A DNA stretch of 64,000 nt from Candidatus Woesearchaeota archaeon (GCA_018696595.1 JABHQW010000003.1:241907-305906), one strand, 5' to 3'; positions 19,543 to 30,040 are shown, counted from the first letter of the stretch. Program-made: numbers and translations. The notes: generated by a model from the letters alone, not told the origin.

Positions 19543-20058
19543 TTACTTCTGTACCAGATCAATTTCTTGAGAATCTTCAACTTCGCCAGTACCAGCATTA
19601 AGTTTCATGTTTACGAACTTCAGCTGTTTAGTTATGAAAGTAAAATTCCAAACTGTTTTCTCTTGATAAGTTTGCAAGATAATAAAGCCATCTCCCAAAA
19701 GTGCCCCAGGAAAACTTTTAGGAAGTTCTTCTTTGAGAATATCTAAAGCTTGTACAAAAGATAATTTCACTTCATCTAACTTTAAAGGTTCAACTTTAGC
19801 ATCCTGTTTCTTAAAAACATCATCCGCTGGTTTAATCTCAAAACCGTTTTGATTAGCAACAAATACAGTTATCTTATCATTAGAATGGTAACCAATTTCC
19901 CAGTTAGATTTTAATTGAAAGTCTGCACTTAATGGACAAAATAAATGTGATAAAAAACTTTCAGCATTATCTTGCTGCCACTGTTTAAACAAATCATCCT
20001 CAGAAAGTTTCTCAATTAACTCTTTCATTATGCATATTCTCTCCAAGTAAAACCACAC
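19543..20058 (-). CDS. Hypothetical protein
   Basis: 171-aa ORF. Start overlaps the tfs end by ~30 nt. Confidence 0.4.
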   Translation of the reverse strand: MWFYLERICIMKELIEKLSEDDLFKQWQQDNAESFLSHLFCPLSADFQLKSNWEIGYHSNDKITVFVANQNGFEIKPADDVFKKQDAKVEPLKLDEVKLSFVQALDILKEELPKSFPGALLGDGFIILQTYQEKTVWNFTFITKQLKFVNMKLNAGTGEVEDSQEIDLVQK

Positions 20059-20339
20059 TTAGTACATCTAAAGAATCTGGTTTCTGGTTCATCTGCGCCA
20101 CGAGTTTGCTGAGTCCAGTATAAAGCAATCCCGTGCCCACATTTCTCACACTTTGCTTTAATTTTTGGATGAGTATCTGTATCTTCCATAATTTCAACTT
20201 TCTTACTAACACTACCTTTTTCTTTTAGTTCGATTGTTTCTTCTTCAGGGGCTTTATTAAAACCACAAGTACAGAAAAGAACTTTTTTACCGGCCTTCAT
20301 TTTTGGCCTTAATATTGAACCACATTTTGGACAAAACAT
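20028..20339 (-). CDS. tfs: Transcription factor S (TFS / RNA polymerase subunit M-like)
   Basis: N-terminal zinc ribbon CPKCGS..CTCG. C-terminal TFIIS-type ribbon with acidic hairpin QQTRGADEP and RCTKCGFTWREY. Confidence 0.75.
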   Translation of the reverse strand: MFCPKCGSILRPKMKAGKKVLFCTCGFNKAPEEETIELKEKGSVSKKVEIMEDTDTHPKIKAKCEKCGHGIALYWTQQTRGADEPETRFFRCTKCGFTWREYA

Positions 20340-20466
20340 TGTATATTCACCTATAAGTATATTTAACGATTTTGTTGGAATTGTGAAGTTATTTATATAA
20401 TTTTGGTATTTAGGGAATATGCTTTGAGACTAAACCTTTTTAAACATTTAACTTATCCCAATTAAT

Positions 20467-22296
20467 ATGGATTATGAAAAAATTGGTTTGAAGTCAGGAA
20501 TAGAGATACATCAACAACTTGAAGGGAAGAAATTATTCTGTAATTGTCCAACTTTGTTAAGAGATGATAAACCAGATTTTGAAATTAGAAGAAAATTAAG
20601 AGCGTCAGCTGGAGAATCTGGAAAAATTGACGTTGCTGCAAAACAAGAACAAATTAGAAATAAAACGTTTATCTATCAAGGTTATCATGATACTACTTGT
20701 TTAGTTGAATGCGATGAAGAACCACCGCATGCAATGAACCAAGATGCTTTATACACCTGTTTACAATTATCTAAATCAGTTAATGCTAATGTTTCTCCAG
20801 TTGTGCAAGTGATGAGAAAAACAGTAGCAGATGGTTCTAACACTGGTGGATTTCAAAGAACTGCTTTAATTGCCAGAAATGGTGAAATTGAAACTTCAGA
20901 GGGGATTGTTAGAATTGATAACATTTCTTTAGAAGAAGATGCTTGTAAAATTGTTTCTGAAACCGAAACTGAGAAAACTTACAAATTAGATCGCTTAGGA
21001 ATTCCGTTAATTGAAATTGGAACTGCCCCAGATATTAAAACGCCACAACAATGTCAAGAAACGGCAAAAAAATTAGGAATGTTATTACGTTCACTTCCAA
21101 GAGTTAAACGAGGATTAGGAACCATTCGGCAAGATGTTAATGTTTCTATTAAAGGTGGAACAAGAGTAGAAGTTAAAGGAGCACAAGATTTACGTGCTAT
21201 TCCAACACTAGTTGATTTAGAAATTAAACGGCAAATGGAATTGTTAAATATCAAAAAAGATTTGTCTGGAATTAAATTGAATGAATTTAAAATTTATGAT
21301 ATAACTAAATTATTACAAAAATCTAAAGCCAAAGTTATCGAATCTGCAATTAAAGTTAAAGGAAAAATTTTAGCTTTGAGGTTGAATGAGTTTTCTGGAA
21401 TTATTGGTAAAGAATTGCAACCCAATTACCGGGTTGGCAGTGAATTCTCGGGCCGAGCAAAGATTAAAGCTGGCGTAAAAGGAATATTTCATTCAGATGA
21501 ATTACCTAACTATGGAATTACTAAAGATGAAGTTGATTTAATTAAGAAAGAATTGAAATGTAAAGAGAAAGATGCTTTTGTGTTAGTTGCTGCTTTAGAA
21601 GATAAAGCCAAGATTGCACTTTCTGCAGTTTATGAACGGGCTGAAGAGTTGTTTACAGGAGTCCCAAAAGAAGTTCGTAAAGCGGAACAAAATGGGTTAT
21701 CCTCTTTCATGCGGCCAATGCCTGGTTCTGCTCGTATGTACCCTGAAACAGATGTTCCTTTAGCAAGACCAGACCCACATTCAGTAGAATTACCTGAATT
21801 AATTTCTGAAAGGGCTGAACGATATCAAAAAAAGTTTAGTTTGAATTCAGATATGGCCAATCATGTTGCTAAATCAAATTATTCAGAATTGTTTGAAGAA
21901 TTAGTAAAGAAATATCCTAAATTCAAACCAGCATTTATTGTTGATACGTTAATATCAATGCCAATTGAAATTAAGAAGAAATATCAATTAGATTCTTCTA
22001 AATTAACTGATGAGAATTATAAAGATTTGTTTAAGTATTTGCATTCAGAAGAAATTCATAAAGATATTGTGGTTGATGTTCTGATTGATATGATTAAAGG
22101 CAAGTTTGATTTAAAAAATTATGAATCTCTTTCCACAGAAGATGTTCATGAAACTATTAAAAAGATTGTTTCTAAAAATAAAGGGGCTCCTTTTGGCGCT
22201 TTAATGGGTCAATGCATGAAAGCTCTTGCTGGAAAAGTTAGTGGGAAAGTGATTAGTGAAGCCCTCAGAAAGGAAATTTCTGGGGCGCAAAAGTAA
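20467..22296 (+). CDS. gatE: Glutamyl-tRNA(Gln) amidotransferase subunit E
   Basis: 609 aa, N-terminus MDYEKIGLKSGIEIHQQL..KLFCNCPT typical of GatE. Length fits GatE rather than the ~480-aa GatB. No gatD adjacent. Confidence 0.8.
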   Translation: MDYEKIGLKSGIEIHQQLEGKKLFCNCPTLLRDDKPDFEIRRKLRASAGESGKIDVAAKQEQIRNKTFIYQGYHDTTCLVECDEEPPHAMNQDALYTCLQLSKSVNANVSPVVQVMRKTVADGSNTGGFQRTALIARNGEIETSEGIVRIDNISLEEDACKIVSETETEKTYKLDRLGIPLIEIGTAPDIKTPQQCQETAKKLGMLLRSLPRVKRGLGTIRQDVNVSIKGGTRVEVKGAQDLRAIPTLVDLEIKRQMELLNIKKDLSGIKLNEFKIYDITKLLQKSKAKVIESAIKVKGKILALRLNEFSGIIGKELQPNYRVGSEFSGRAKIKAGVKGIFHSDELPNYGITKDEVDLIKKELKCKEKDAFVLVAALEDKAKIALSAVYERAEELFTGVPKEVRKAEQNGLSSFMRPMPGSARMYPETDVPLARPDPHSVELPELISERAERYQKKFSLNSDMANHVAKSNYSELFEELVKKYPKFKPAFIVDTLISMPIEIKKKYQLDSSKLTDENYKDLFKYLHSEEIHKDIVVDVLIDMIKGKFDLKNYESLSTEDVHETIKKIVSKNKGAPFGALMGQCMKALAGKVSGKVISEALRKEISGAQK

Positions 22297-22377
22297 TCGT
22301 TGTTACTTTTTGCGAACTGAAGAAATTGACCACCAAAAAGTGATAAATTTATAAATGGTTAATTTCTTTGATGTATT

Positions 22378-22962
22378 ATGGGAGATTTATTACAATTCGC
22401 AAGACAAGAAATGGCTAATTTGTATGCCATAGGATTACAAATCCCAGTCCCCACTGGTGCTAAATTCGTGGATCATGGCGAAGTAATAGACAAAAAACAA
22501 CAAGAATTATGGGGATCCTGTACAAATCAATATTCTGCTGGAAAAATGTTAACAGAGTTAATGGTCAATGGATTATTAGAAAGAGATGTAAAAACTTTTG
22601 CTCGTGGACATGAAGAAGGCCATGCAACATTTTATTTAGGTCATTTAAAATCTCTTAAAGAAATTGCTGAGGAGTTAGAAGTAACTTTGAAATTTTTTAC
22701 AGATGATTATTGTTTAAAACATGATGAAGCTATGAAAAGATTTCTTATTCCTGGTGTAGGAACCAATGAAGATTATAACATTGCCAAATGTAAACCCATG
22801 TATGAACGAGAGATGATTGCACATATTGGTGGATTAGCAGCATTAGTAAATTCCCCTTCAGCAAAAAAAAGTATTATTGAACATGTTCAACATGCCATTT
22901 GTAATGGCGATATAAATGCATATCCGTTAGCTAAAGCGGTTAAAATAACCAGGCGTTTTTAG
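22378..22962 (+). CDS. Hypothetical protein with HExxH-like motif
   Basis: RGHEEGHATFYLGH. Possible zincin-like site. Immediately upstream of the hydrolase-like genes. Confidence 0.35.
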   Translation: MGDLLQFARQEMANLYAIGLQIPVPTGAKFVDHGEVIDKKQQELWGSCTNQYSAGKMLTELMVNGLLERDVKTFARGHEEGHATFYLGHLKSLKEIAEELEVTLKFFTDDYCLKHDEAMKRFLIPGVGTNEDYNIAKCKPMYEREMIAHIGGLAALVNSPSAKKSIIEHVQHAICNGDINAYPLAKAVKITRRF

Positions 22963-23025
22963 TTGTCACTCTTTTGTGACAAAAACAACGAAACATTTAT
23001 AAATAAGCTTAATTCTTAGTATATT

Positions 23026-24297
23026 ATGCTTGAAAGACTGGTAGAAAGTACTAAAACAGGTGATGTTGGACTAGGTTTAAACGATTCTTCTAATAGCGTT
23101 TTCGCTGAAAATGGTGCTATTGAAAGGTCTTTAGAAAAGAGCGTAAATTTTGTTTATGATACCATTTATGGAAATAGAGACACTTCTGAAATGTCTGATA
23201 AAGAAAAAGTAGCACGTTTAGCTGGTGCAAGTGCTTTAATTGCGGCCATGGGAACTTCTTACGTTTTAGCTGAATCAGTTTGTAGGGGATCAGAATTTAT
23301 TGGTAGAGGAACAGTAGAATTATTAGGAAAAGCAGGAAACCTTGCTTATAATAAATTAGAGTTTGTTGAAAACGCTACTGAGAAAGTTAAAGATGTTTAT
23401 AATCAACTTCAAACGAAAGTATCTAGACCAATAAAGAAAAAAATTGGCCGATTCTTTAAAAGATTTAAAGACCAGTTAGTAATTGGTGCTTCTGTAGCAA
23501 CATTAGCATTAAGTTATGGCGGAATTAAAGGATGTAATGAAGAACCTACAGCAATTGTTGAACCAGAAAGAGATTATAGAAACCCAATAAATAGTATTAC
23601 AGATTTATTTGAAGAACCTCAAGAAGAGGAAAGAGTACAGAGACCAACCTCAAGAACAATAGAACCACCAAGACCAGTTATTCAACAATCTAGAAGAGCC
23701 CCTGAAAGAGTAACACCTCAATGTTCAAACACAAGTTCAAGAAGTGAATATCAAAATGTTGCTAATGCCGCCCAATCAAGAGCAATTTCTCAAAGAACCA
23801 ATTATGCTTTTGATAATGCACCAACTAGTCCTTTAGAAGGACTAACTGGAAACACTGAACCAGGAAGAACAAAAATTAATTGGTTAAAAAACAGAAATAA
23901 ATGTAACCAGTTTGTTGGAGACGCATTAGTGCAAGCAGGACATAAAGTTCCAACTCATGAAATGAATGATAGAAATCATTCTTTACATTACAAAGAAATT
24001 GAACAATTCCCTCATGAAGATAATTATTTTACAAAAGTTACTGATTTCTGTGATATTAAACCTGGACACGTTTTAGTTATTGATCATCCAACTAGTGGAG
24101 AAAGTACTGCTCACGGAGAAATCATTGCTGATGTGAATTATCAAACTGGAACAATTAGAAGTTTCGGTGCCCACGCAGATGGTGCTTACAAAAAAACATT
24201 TGACATTTTCAAACACGCTAAACTTGTTACTGATGATGAAAATAATATACATTGGAAATTAGGCTTGGACAAAATCTATGTATTAAAACCAAAATAA
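23026..24297 (+). CDS. Secreted protein with C-terminal CHAP/NlpC-P60-like cysteine peptidase domain (putative cell-wall amidase/peptidase)
   Basis: Hydrophobic N-terminal segment and Pro-rich linker. C-terminal C-x..H pattern KCNQFVGDALVQAGHKV...GHVLVIDH...HGEII reminiscent of the CHAP Cys/His dyad. Confidence 0.4.
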   Translation: MLERLVESTKTGDVGLGLNDSSNSVFAENGAIERSLEKSVNFVYDTIYGNRDTSEMSDKEKVARLAGASALIAAMGTSYVLAESVCRGSEFIGRGTVELLGKAGNLAYNKLEFVENATEKVKDVYNQLQTKVSRPIKKKIGRFFKRFKDQLVIGASVATLALSYGGIKGCNEEPTAIVEPERDYRNPINSITDLFEEPQEEERVQRPTSRTIEPPRPVIQQSRRAPERVTPQCSNTSSRSEYQNVANAAQSRAISQRTNYAFDNAPTSPLEGLTGNTEPGRTKINWLKNRNKCNQFVGDALVQAGHKVPTHEMNDRNHSLHYKEIEQFPHEDNYFTKVTDFCDIKPGHVLVIDHPTSGESTAHGEIIADVNYQTGTIRSFGAHADGAYKKTFDIFKHAKLVTDDENNIHWKLGLDKIYVLKPK

Positions 24298-24299
24298 AA

Positions 24300-25658
24300 A
24301 TGGATCTAAAACCACAATTAGAAGAAGCTATTAAATGTACAAAGCAAGCAGGAACGTGGGTAAATCAACACCAGCCTAGTTTTGCTAGATTTGCAGATCC
24401 AATCATGATGAGAACTGCTGCTGGTTTAGGTTATATAGAAGGAGTGCAAGGAGTTATCGAATCCACTCAAGCACCGCCATTAATTCAAGCTGCATTATAT
24501 TCTGCCGCAGGTGTAGGAATGGTTAAATGGAATGAGATTGTTGTTTCTGAAATTAATCGTGGATTACATGAATATAATTCTAGACAAACCGTTGGAGATG
24601 GATTTAATTGGGCAAAGAGTTTATTATTATTAGGCACGGCTAGTTTAGCAGTTTCTTCTCTTACAGATAATTGTGATAGTCAAGGAACTCCTTTTCATGA
24701 AGAAAATGTTGAATACATAACTAAAGATTTTGTTCAAAAACCAGCAAATGACACTCTTAGGTTCCTTATTGGAGAATCTGAAGAAGAACTAAACGATTTT
24801 GAATCTGAGTTGCGCGATTTATTAGCTGAGGAAGATTTAGAATCGGACTTAGAAAAATTTGAACTTTATGAACCAGATGTGAGTTTATCAGATATTGTTG
24901 ACGAAGATTCTCAATCAATCAATTTGGTAGATATTGAACAATTAAAATCAAGGTTAGAAGAAACTCTTGCTAGACAAGCAATTATAGAAACACCATTACA
25001 TCCAAAAGCACAACAACATTATGAGGGGTACTCTGGAAGACATCATCATCGAATGGTTAAAAAGATTGAAAGAACTAGCCAATATGATGATTTAATACAA
25101 GATGCCGCAGAGAGATATAATATTGATAAAGAAGTAATGTCTGCTTTAATTATTAAAGAGAGTGATGGTAATTTTAAAGCAAAATCTCATGTTGGCGCTC
25201 GAGGTTTAATGCAAATCATGCCAAGGACTGGAAAATACCTTGCCGAAATAATGGGTGATAAATTTGTCGAACTAACTGGAAGAAGCACATTAAGAACTTC
25301 TGATTTGTATGACCCAAAAATTAATATTGAGATGGGTGCGTTTTATTTAAGATTTATTCATGATCGTTATGGAGACCGAATTTTGAAGAAACGTGAACAA
25401 GCAAGTAAAGATTATCAAGAATGGACTGCAGCTGACCGCTGGGATTTCACTATGGCTTGTTATAACCGAGGTCCAAGTGGAATGACTAGAAATATGATGA
25501 AAGCCCGTGCCGACACATTCTGGGATTTAGAAAAAGAACAAACTACTGATGAAGTGTTATTTTATGTTCCTAGAATCAGAGCAATTGCAAAAGTTCGTGC
25601 TGAATATTTAATGAAGCAATCTGGTGTTAATGAAGAAGTTGCGAGGTTGGTGCATTAG
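24300..25658 (+). CDS. Lytic transglycosylase (SLT domain) protein
   Basis: ESDGNFKAKSHVGARGLMQIMPRTG is the SLT family-1 signature (ES...GLMQ.MP.T), followed by the AxxY-like downstream motif. Preferred start at 24300 just after the upstream stop. Confidence 0.65.
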   Translation: MDLKPQLEEAIKCTKQAGTWVNQHQPSFARFADPIMMRTAAGLGYIEGVQGVIESTQAPPLIQAALYSAAGVGMVKWNEIVVSEINRGLHEYNSRQTVGDGFNWAKSLLLLGTASLAVSSLTDNCDSQGTPFHEENVEYITKDFVQKPANDTLRFLIGESEEELNDFESELRDLLAEEDLESDLEKFELYEPDVSLSDIVDEDSQSINLVDIEQLKSRLEETLARQAIIETPLHPKAQQHYEGYSGRHHHRMVKKIERTSQYDDLIQDAAERYNIDKEVMSALIIKESDGNFKAKSHVGARGLMQIMPRTGKYLAEIMGDKFVELTGRSTLRTSDLYDPKINIEMGAFYLRFIHDRYGDRILKKREQASKDYQEWTAADRWDFTMACYNRGPSGMTRNMMKARADTFWDLEKEQTTDEVLFYVPRIRAIAKVRAEYLMKQSGVNEEVARLVH

Positions 25659-25659
25659 A

Positions 25660-26352
25660 ATGAGATTAGCATTAAATCAAATATTACCTGAACTAGAAAA
25701 AGAAGAACATTTTGTCCATATAGATATTAACAACCATTTGTTTATACAATTAGCTAAAACAGAAGGTAAAAGAGTAGAAAAATTATGTTATTTTCCTGAA
25801 AATAAAATTATGTATATCCCAATCACAACTGGGATTGTTAATGGATTGACACTAAAAAAACTTGCAGATCAATTTGGTCCTGAAAAAGCAGAACATGATG
25901 CAACGAGTGCAAAACTATTTTTGGCAGAAACAAAAAAATATTGGACTGCTCCTAAAAGAGAAGTTCTTGAAGAAGCAATTAGTCAAGAAGCAAGAACTGT
26001 TTGTTCAGATATTAATAGATATAATAGAAACAAATTAGAAGAATTATATCAAAGTATTTTAGGTTGGAACGTTTTAGAAGCATGTACTGAAGCTTATGCA
26101 GAATCGTTTAGAAAAGATTCAATTATACTTGAACGTCACAATCTTGTAGACCTCACGGAAGAATATAAAGCCCTTGCTTCTTTTAACAGAAAAGTATCTG
26201 CTCAAGCAGGTTATGGTGCTAAAAGAACTGAAAGATTCATTCAAGAATATGAAAATACTTGGAGATTCAGAGGACTTGAAAAACCAAAAGGTGATTTTGA
26301 AGAAATTAAAAATAAAGTTGTTGAGGAAGCAACAACTCATTTTACAAAATGA
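25660..26352 (+). CDS. Hypothetical protein
   Basis: Follows the SLT gene. Start chosen at ATG 25660 to avoid overlap. Confidence 0.4.
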   Translation: MRLALNQILPELEKEEHFVHIDINNHLFIQLAKTEGKRVEKLCYFPENKIMYIPITTGIVNGLTLKKLADQFGPEKAEHDATSAKLFLAETKKYWTAPKREVLEEAISQEARTVCSDINRYNRNKLEELYQSILGWNVLEACTEAYAESFRKDSIILERHNLVDLTEEYKALASFNRKVSAQAGYGAKRTERFIQEYENTWRFRGLEKPKGDFEEIKNKVVEEATTHFTK

Positions 26353-26446
26353 AAGCAAGATTAGAAGAATTAGCATTACAAAATTACCAATAACTTTATA
26401 AAAACAATTAGAAAATAAATAAAACATAATTAGGAGGAATATTAAA

Positions 26447-26956
26447 ATGACTGAAATTAAGAAAGGAGATAAAGTAAAAGTTGAGTATACAGGAAAGTTA
26501 GAAGACGGCACTGTATTTGATAGTTCTGAAGGTAAAGCGCCTCTGTGCTTTGAAGTAGGAGCACAACAAGTAATTCCTGGTTTTGAAAAAGCTGTTGAAG
26601 GAATGAAAAAAGATGAAGAAAAAGAATTCACACTTAAAGTAGATGAAGCTTACGGTCCTGTTAAGGAAGAAATGGTACAAGAAATTCCTAGAGATAAGTT
26701 ACCAGCTGAACCAGAACCTAAAGAAGGTATGATGTTAATGATGCAAGCACCTACTGGTCAACAAATCCCTGCAAAGATTACAAAAGTTGCAGATGATAAA
26801 GTTACAATCGATATCAATCATCCATTAGCTGGAAAAGAATTAACCTTCTCTGTAAAAGTAGTTGGTGTAAACGATCCAGAAGAAGCTAAAGATGAGAAGA
26901 AAGATGATGATGGTTGTAAACCAGACGATTGTTCTTCATGTTGCGGTTGCAACTAA
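26447..26956 (+). CDS. slyD: FKBP-type peptidyl-prolyl cis-trans isomerase (SlyD-like) with Cys-rich metal-binding tail
   Basis: FKBP fold motifs VKVEYTGKLEDGTVFDSS..., IF-domain insert, C-terminus GCKPDDCSSCCGCN. Strong SD GGAGG 8 nt upstream. Confidence 0.8.
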   Translation: MTEIKKGDKVKVEYTGKLEDGTVFDSSEGKAPLCFEVGAQQVIPGFEKAVEGMKKDEEKEFTLKVDEAYGPVKEEMVQEIPRDKLPAEPEPKEGMMLMMQAPTGQQIPAKITKVADDKVTIDINHPLAGKELTFSVKVVGVNDPEEAKDEKKDDDGCKPDDCSSCCGCN

Positions 26957-27030
26957 TTTTTTTTAATTTATTTTTTTAAATATTTTTCTTTTTGGTTAAC
27001 TTTATATAATTCTTTAATTTCCTAAATTTT

Positions 27031-27396
27031 ATGAAACAAGTTTCCAAATCTCTTAGAGTCTGGTTTAAGATACATTTTATCGTAGATTTCTTAGTAGCAA
27101 TTCCTTTAATCTTTTTCACTAAATGGACATTAGGATTGTTTGGCTTTCCATTAGAAAATTTAGTTTTCGCTCGTTTAGTTGGCGCGGCATTAATTGGTAT
27201 TGGTGGAACCTCATATTTCTGTAAGAAGAAAGAACACTTTGAAATTATGTTGATTCTGAAAATATTTTGGAGCTTAACTGCAATTCTTGCTTTGATCTGG
27301 GGAATAATAGAAACAGGAAGTTTATCTTTATGGATATTTTTAGTTGTGTTTGTAATCTTTTCCGGAATATGGCATTACTATTGGTTTAAGAAATGA
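27031..27396 (+). CDS. Small polytopic membrane protein
   Basis: Four hydrophobic helices. Start codon of next gene overlaps (ATGA). Confidence 0.4.
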   Translation: MKQVSKSLRVWFKIHFIVDFLVAIPLIFFTKWTLGLFGFPLENLVFARLVGAALIGIGGTSYFCKKKEHFEIMLILKIFWSLTAILALIWGIIETGSLSLWIFLVVFVIFSGIWHYYWFKK

Positions 27397-27959
27397 AAAA
27401 AGAAAAAGTTGTCCTAATAATCTTCTGTATCTTTATCCCTATATTCTTACTACTGTTCTCATACAAAGTTGTATTAGGATTATCTGATCTGACTGAGAAT
27501 CAACAAGAAACAATGGATTTCTTAGATAACAAAGAAGAATTAAACTTAAACTACACGTCTTCCGCAGTATCACATTTAGAAGATGTTAAAGGAGTAATGA
27601 ACTTTATTGATTATTTGTTTTATTTTAGTTTACTAGTTTGCACTGGAATTATTACTTACTACAAAAAGAACAAAGAACAATTAATGAAACTTTTCAAATA
27701 TGGAGGAATAACAACTTTAGTCTCTATTGGATTTATTTTATTGTTTGCTTTGTTTGCTTTCAATCATGTATTTACTTTATTCCATCAGATCTTCTTTCCG
27801 CAAGGTAACTGGATCTTTCCCACAAATTCATTATTAATTCAAACGTTTCCAATTGATTTTTTCATTGGAATTAGTTTTAAGATCTTTTTGTTAAGTATTG
27901 GATTTGGAATAGTTTTTATTTTGCTTAATTCTTTGTTAAAAAAGAAACAATTATCTTAG
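27393..27959 (+). CDS. Membrane protein
   Basis: N-terminal TM plus three C-terminal TMs. Translationally coupled to previous ORF. Confidence 0.4.
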   Translation: MKKEKVVLIIFCIFIPIFLLLFSYKVVLGLSDLTENQQETMDFLDNKEELNLNYTSSAVSHLEDVKGVMNFIDYLFYFSLLVCTGIITYYKKNKEQLMKLFKYGGITTLVSIGFILLFALFAFNHVFTLFHQIFFPQGNWIFPTNSLLIQTFPIDFFIGISFKIFLLSIGFGIVFILLNSLLKKKQLS

Positions 27960-28001
27960 CACAACAATATTTAAAAACTAACATTTGTTTTTTACTTAAT
28001 T

Positions 28002-28553
28002 ATGGACCCAGCAACAAAGATAGAGAATGATTATCCAACCAAAGTAAATCAATCTTTAACAAGATTACAACTTGCAGGATATCTAGAAATTAGATGTTTA
28101 TGGGAACCAACAAACTATGATAAAGCAAAAGCCATTTTATCCATAAATAAGGAAGATAATAAATTAACATTTCCAAGTTTAATAGAACAAAATGATGATT
28201 ATGTTACCGAAATCTGTGAAGGAACTTTTGCAGGTCAAGAATATTTAGTACAAGAAGAGTTTCTAGCATCTTTCTTAGAAAGAATGTTAACTAGAAACCC
28301 AGAAAAACAATATCAACTTGCCCAAGACATAGACAATTTACCAGAACAAGAAGGCACTGAATTTTATCATAACATTGCAGCAATTTCTGTTCAACGCCAA
28401 ATTCCATTTCAAGATACCCTTACTTTATTGGGAGTTTATGTTTTACATCAAGCTCAAGAACAAGGATTGGTACAAATGGGACAAAATGTGGGTGATGAAG
28501 TTTGTTGTGTAGTTTATCATCCTAAAGATAGTAATTTAGAGAAAAGAGTTTAA
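28002..28553 (+). CDS. Hypothetical protein
   Basis: 183-aa ORF. Confidence 0.4.
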   Translation: MDPATKIENDYPTKVNQSLTRLQLAGYLEIRCLWEPTNYDKAKAILSINKEDNKLTFPSLIEQNDDYVTEICEGTFAGQEYLVQEEFLASFLERMLTRNPEKQYQLAQDIDNLPEQEGTEFYHNIAAISVQRQIPFQDTLTLLGVYVLHQAQEQGLVQMGQNVGDEVCCVVYHPKDSNLEKRV

Positions 28554-28590
28554 ACAAACCTTTTTATATTCCTAAAATTTCTTACTTAAT

Positions 28591-28806
28591 ATGTTTGTAG
28601 TAAGAGGAGTTAAAGGTTGGATAGTTACATTGATTGCCTTAGCGGTAATCATAATCGCAATAGTGTTAGTATTTCAACTATTTTTATTCTTACTTCCGTT
28701 AATATTAATTGTAATTATCATTAGTTACCTCTTTAGAATGCTCAACAAACTTAAAAAAGAGGAACCAAATAATTACATAGATGTTAAGTATAAGGTAAAG
28801 AAATAA
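28591..28806 (+). CDS. Small membrane protein
   Basis: 71 aa, two TM helices. Stop overlaps tpiA start. Confidence 0.3.
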   Translation: MFVVRGVKGWIVTLIALAVIIIAIVLVFQLFLFLLPLILIVIIISYLFRMLNKLKKEEPNNYIDVKYKVKK

Positions 28807-29465
28807 TGACAAAGCCCCTAGTGTTAATCAATTTTAAAACGTACAAAGAAGCTTATGGAGATAAAGCATTAGAATTAGCAAGAAAGATTGCTAAGGTTAA
28901 GAAAACAAAATACGATTTAGCAATTGCCCCGTCACTATTAACAATTAAAGAAGTTGCCCAGAAAACAAACTTAACAATCTTCTCACAACACACTGACCAT
29001 ATTAATTTAGGTGCAAATACAGGAAGGATCCCAATCGATGAGCTTAAATCATTTGGAGTTAAAGGAACAATATTAAATCATTCTGAAAGAAAGATACCAT
29101 TGAAATTTCTTAAAGAGATTGTTCAGAGATGTAAAAATAAAAAATTAATTACTGTTGTTTGTGCTTCCACAATTTCAGAGATTAAAAAAGTAGCACTATT
29201 TCACCCTAATTATATTGCTTACGAACCAAAGGAGTTTATTGGCGGAAATATTTCTGTAACAGAAGCCAAGCCAGAGATTATTGTTCGCGCAGTAGAAACA
29301 GTAAAATATCTCAGCCCGAAAACAAAAGTTCTTTGCGGTGCTGGAATTCATTCCAAAGAAGATTTAGGACACGCGTTATTATTAGGAACAGAAGGTGTTC
29401 TGATAGGTCATGCTGTTCCAAAAGCTAAAGATCCAAAGAAATTCTTAGAAGAAATGTTAATTTAA
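28806..29465 (+). CDS. tpiA: Triosephosphate isomerase (archaeal short type)
   Basis: 219 aa. LVLINFKTYKEAYG and ILNHSERK (catalytic His/Glu region) match archaeal TIM. Confidence 0.75.
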   Translation: MTKPLVLINFKTYKEAYGDKALELARKIAKVKKTKYDLAIAPSLLTIKEVAQKTNLTIFSQHTDHINLGANTGRIPIDELKSFGVKGTILNHSERKIPLKFLKEIVQRCKNKKLITVVCASTISEIKKVALFHPNYIAYEPKEFIGGNISVTEAKPEIIVRAVETVKYLSPKTKVLCGAGIHSKEDLGHALLLGTEGVLIGHAVPKAKDPKKFLEEMLI

Positions 29466-29472
29466 AAAGAAT

Positions 29473-30018
29473 TTATTTAACATTCACATAAAACTTCTGA
29501 GTGTTACCATATTGTTTAGAATCAGAAAATATCTTAACACTAAAAATATATTGACCATTAGGGGCAGTCTTAGGAACATTGACTAAAATGGATTCACTAA
29601 CATGTTCTCCCTCCAATATTTTAATTGATTTGGTGTTAAAAAGTAACCAGGTATCGGTTCCAGAAACTGACACTTGTGATTCAGTTTCATCTAACACTTT
29701 AGATAATCCCACTTCAATATTAAATTTATCTCCAACTCCACCGATATTTAGAATTCCAATTCCAAATACGTGCTGTTCTCCTCTATTTACATAAGCAACA
29801 TGTAATGGTAAAGCAACAGGTTTACCTTGATCAACTAACAATCTTTCAAGTTCTGTTTTAGTTTTTGCATCTAATTCTCCTTTAATCTCTTCTGCTCCAC
29901 CAATGAATTTGTAAAGTAAAGTAATTCCTCCAGCAAGAACAACTAATGAAATGATAACAACAACTAAAGTGTTTATTGAAAGTCCGATTGCAGCCTTTTT
30001 GTTCATCATATAGCACAA
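29473..30018 (-). CDS. Type IV pilin-like protein (class III signal peptide)
   Basis: MNKKAAIGLSINTLVVVIISLVVLAGG: basic residues, Ala/Gly, then a hydrophobic stretch typical of FlaK/PibD substrates. Beta-rich C-terminal domain ending FYVNVK. Confidence 0.5.
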   Translation of the reverse strand: MCYMMNKKAAIGLSINTLVVVIISLVVLAGGITLLYKFIGGAEEIKGELDAKTKTELERLLVDQGKPVALPLHVAYVNRGEQHVFGIGILNIGGVGDKFNIEVGLSKVLDETESQVSVSGTDTWLLFNTKSIKILEGEHVSESILVNVPKTAPNGQYIFSVKIFSDSKQYGNTQKFYVNVK

Positions 30019-30040
30019 AAGTAACTAAAAATATATAAAG

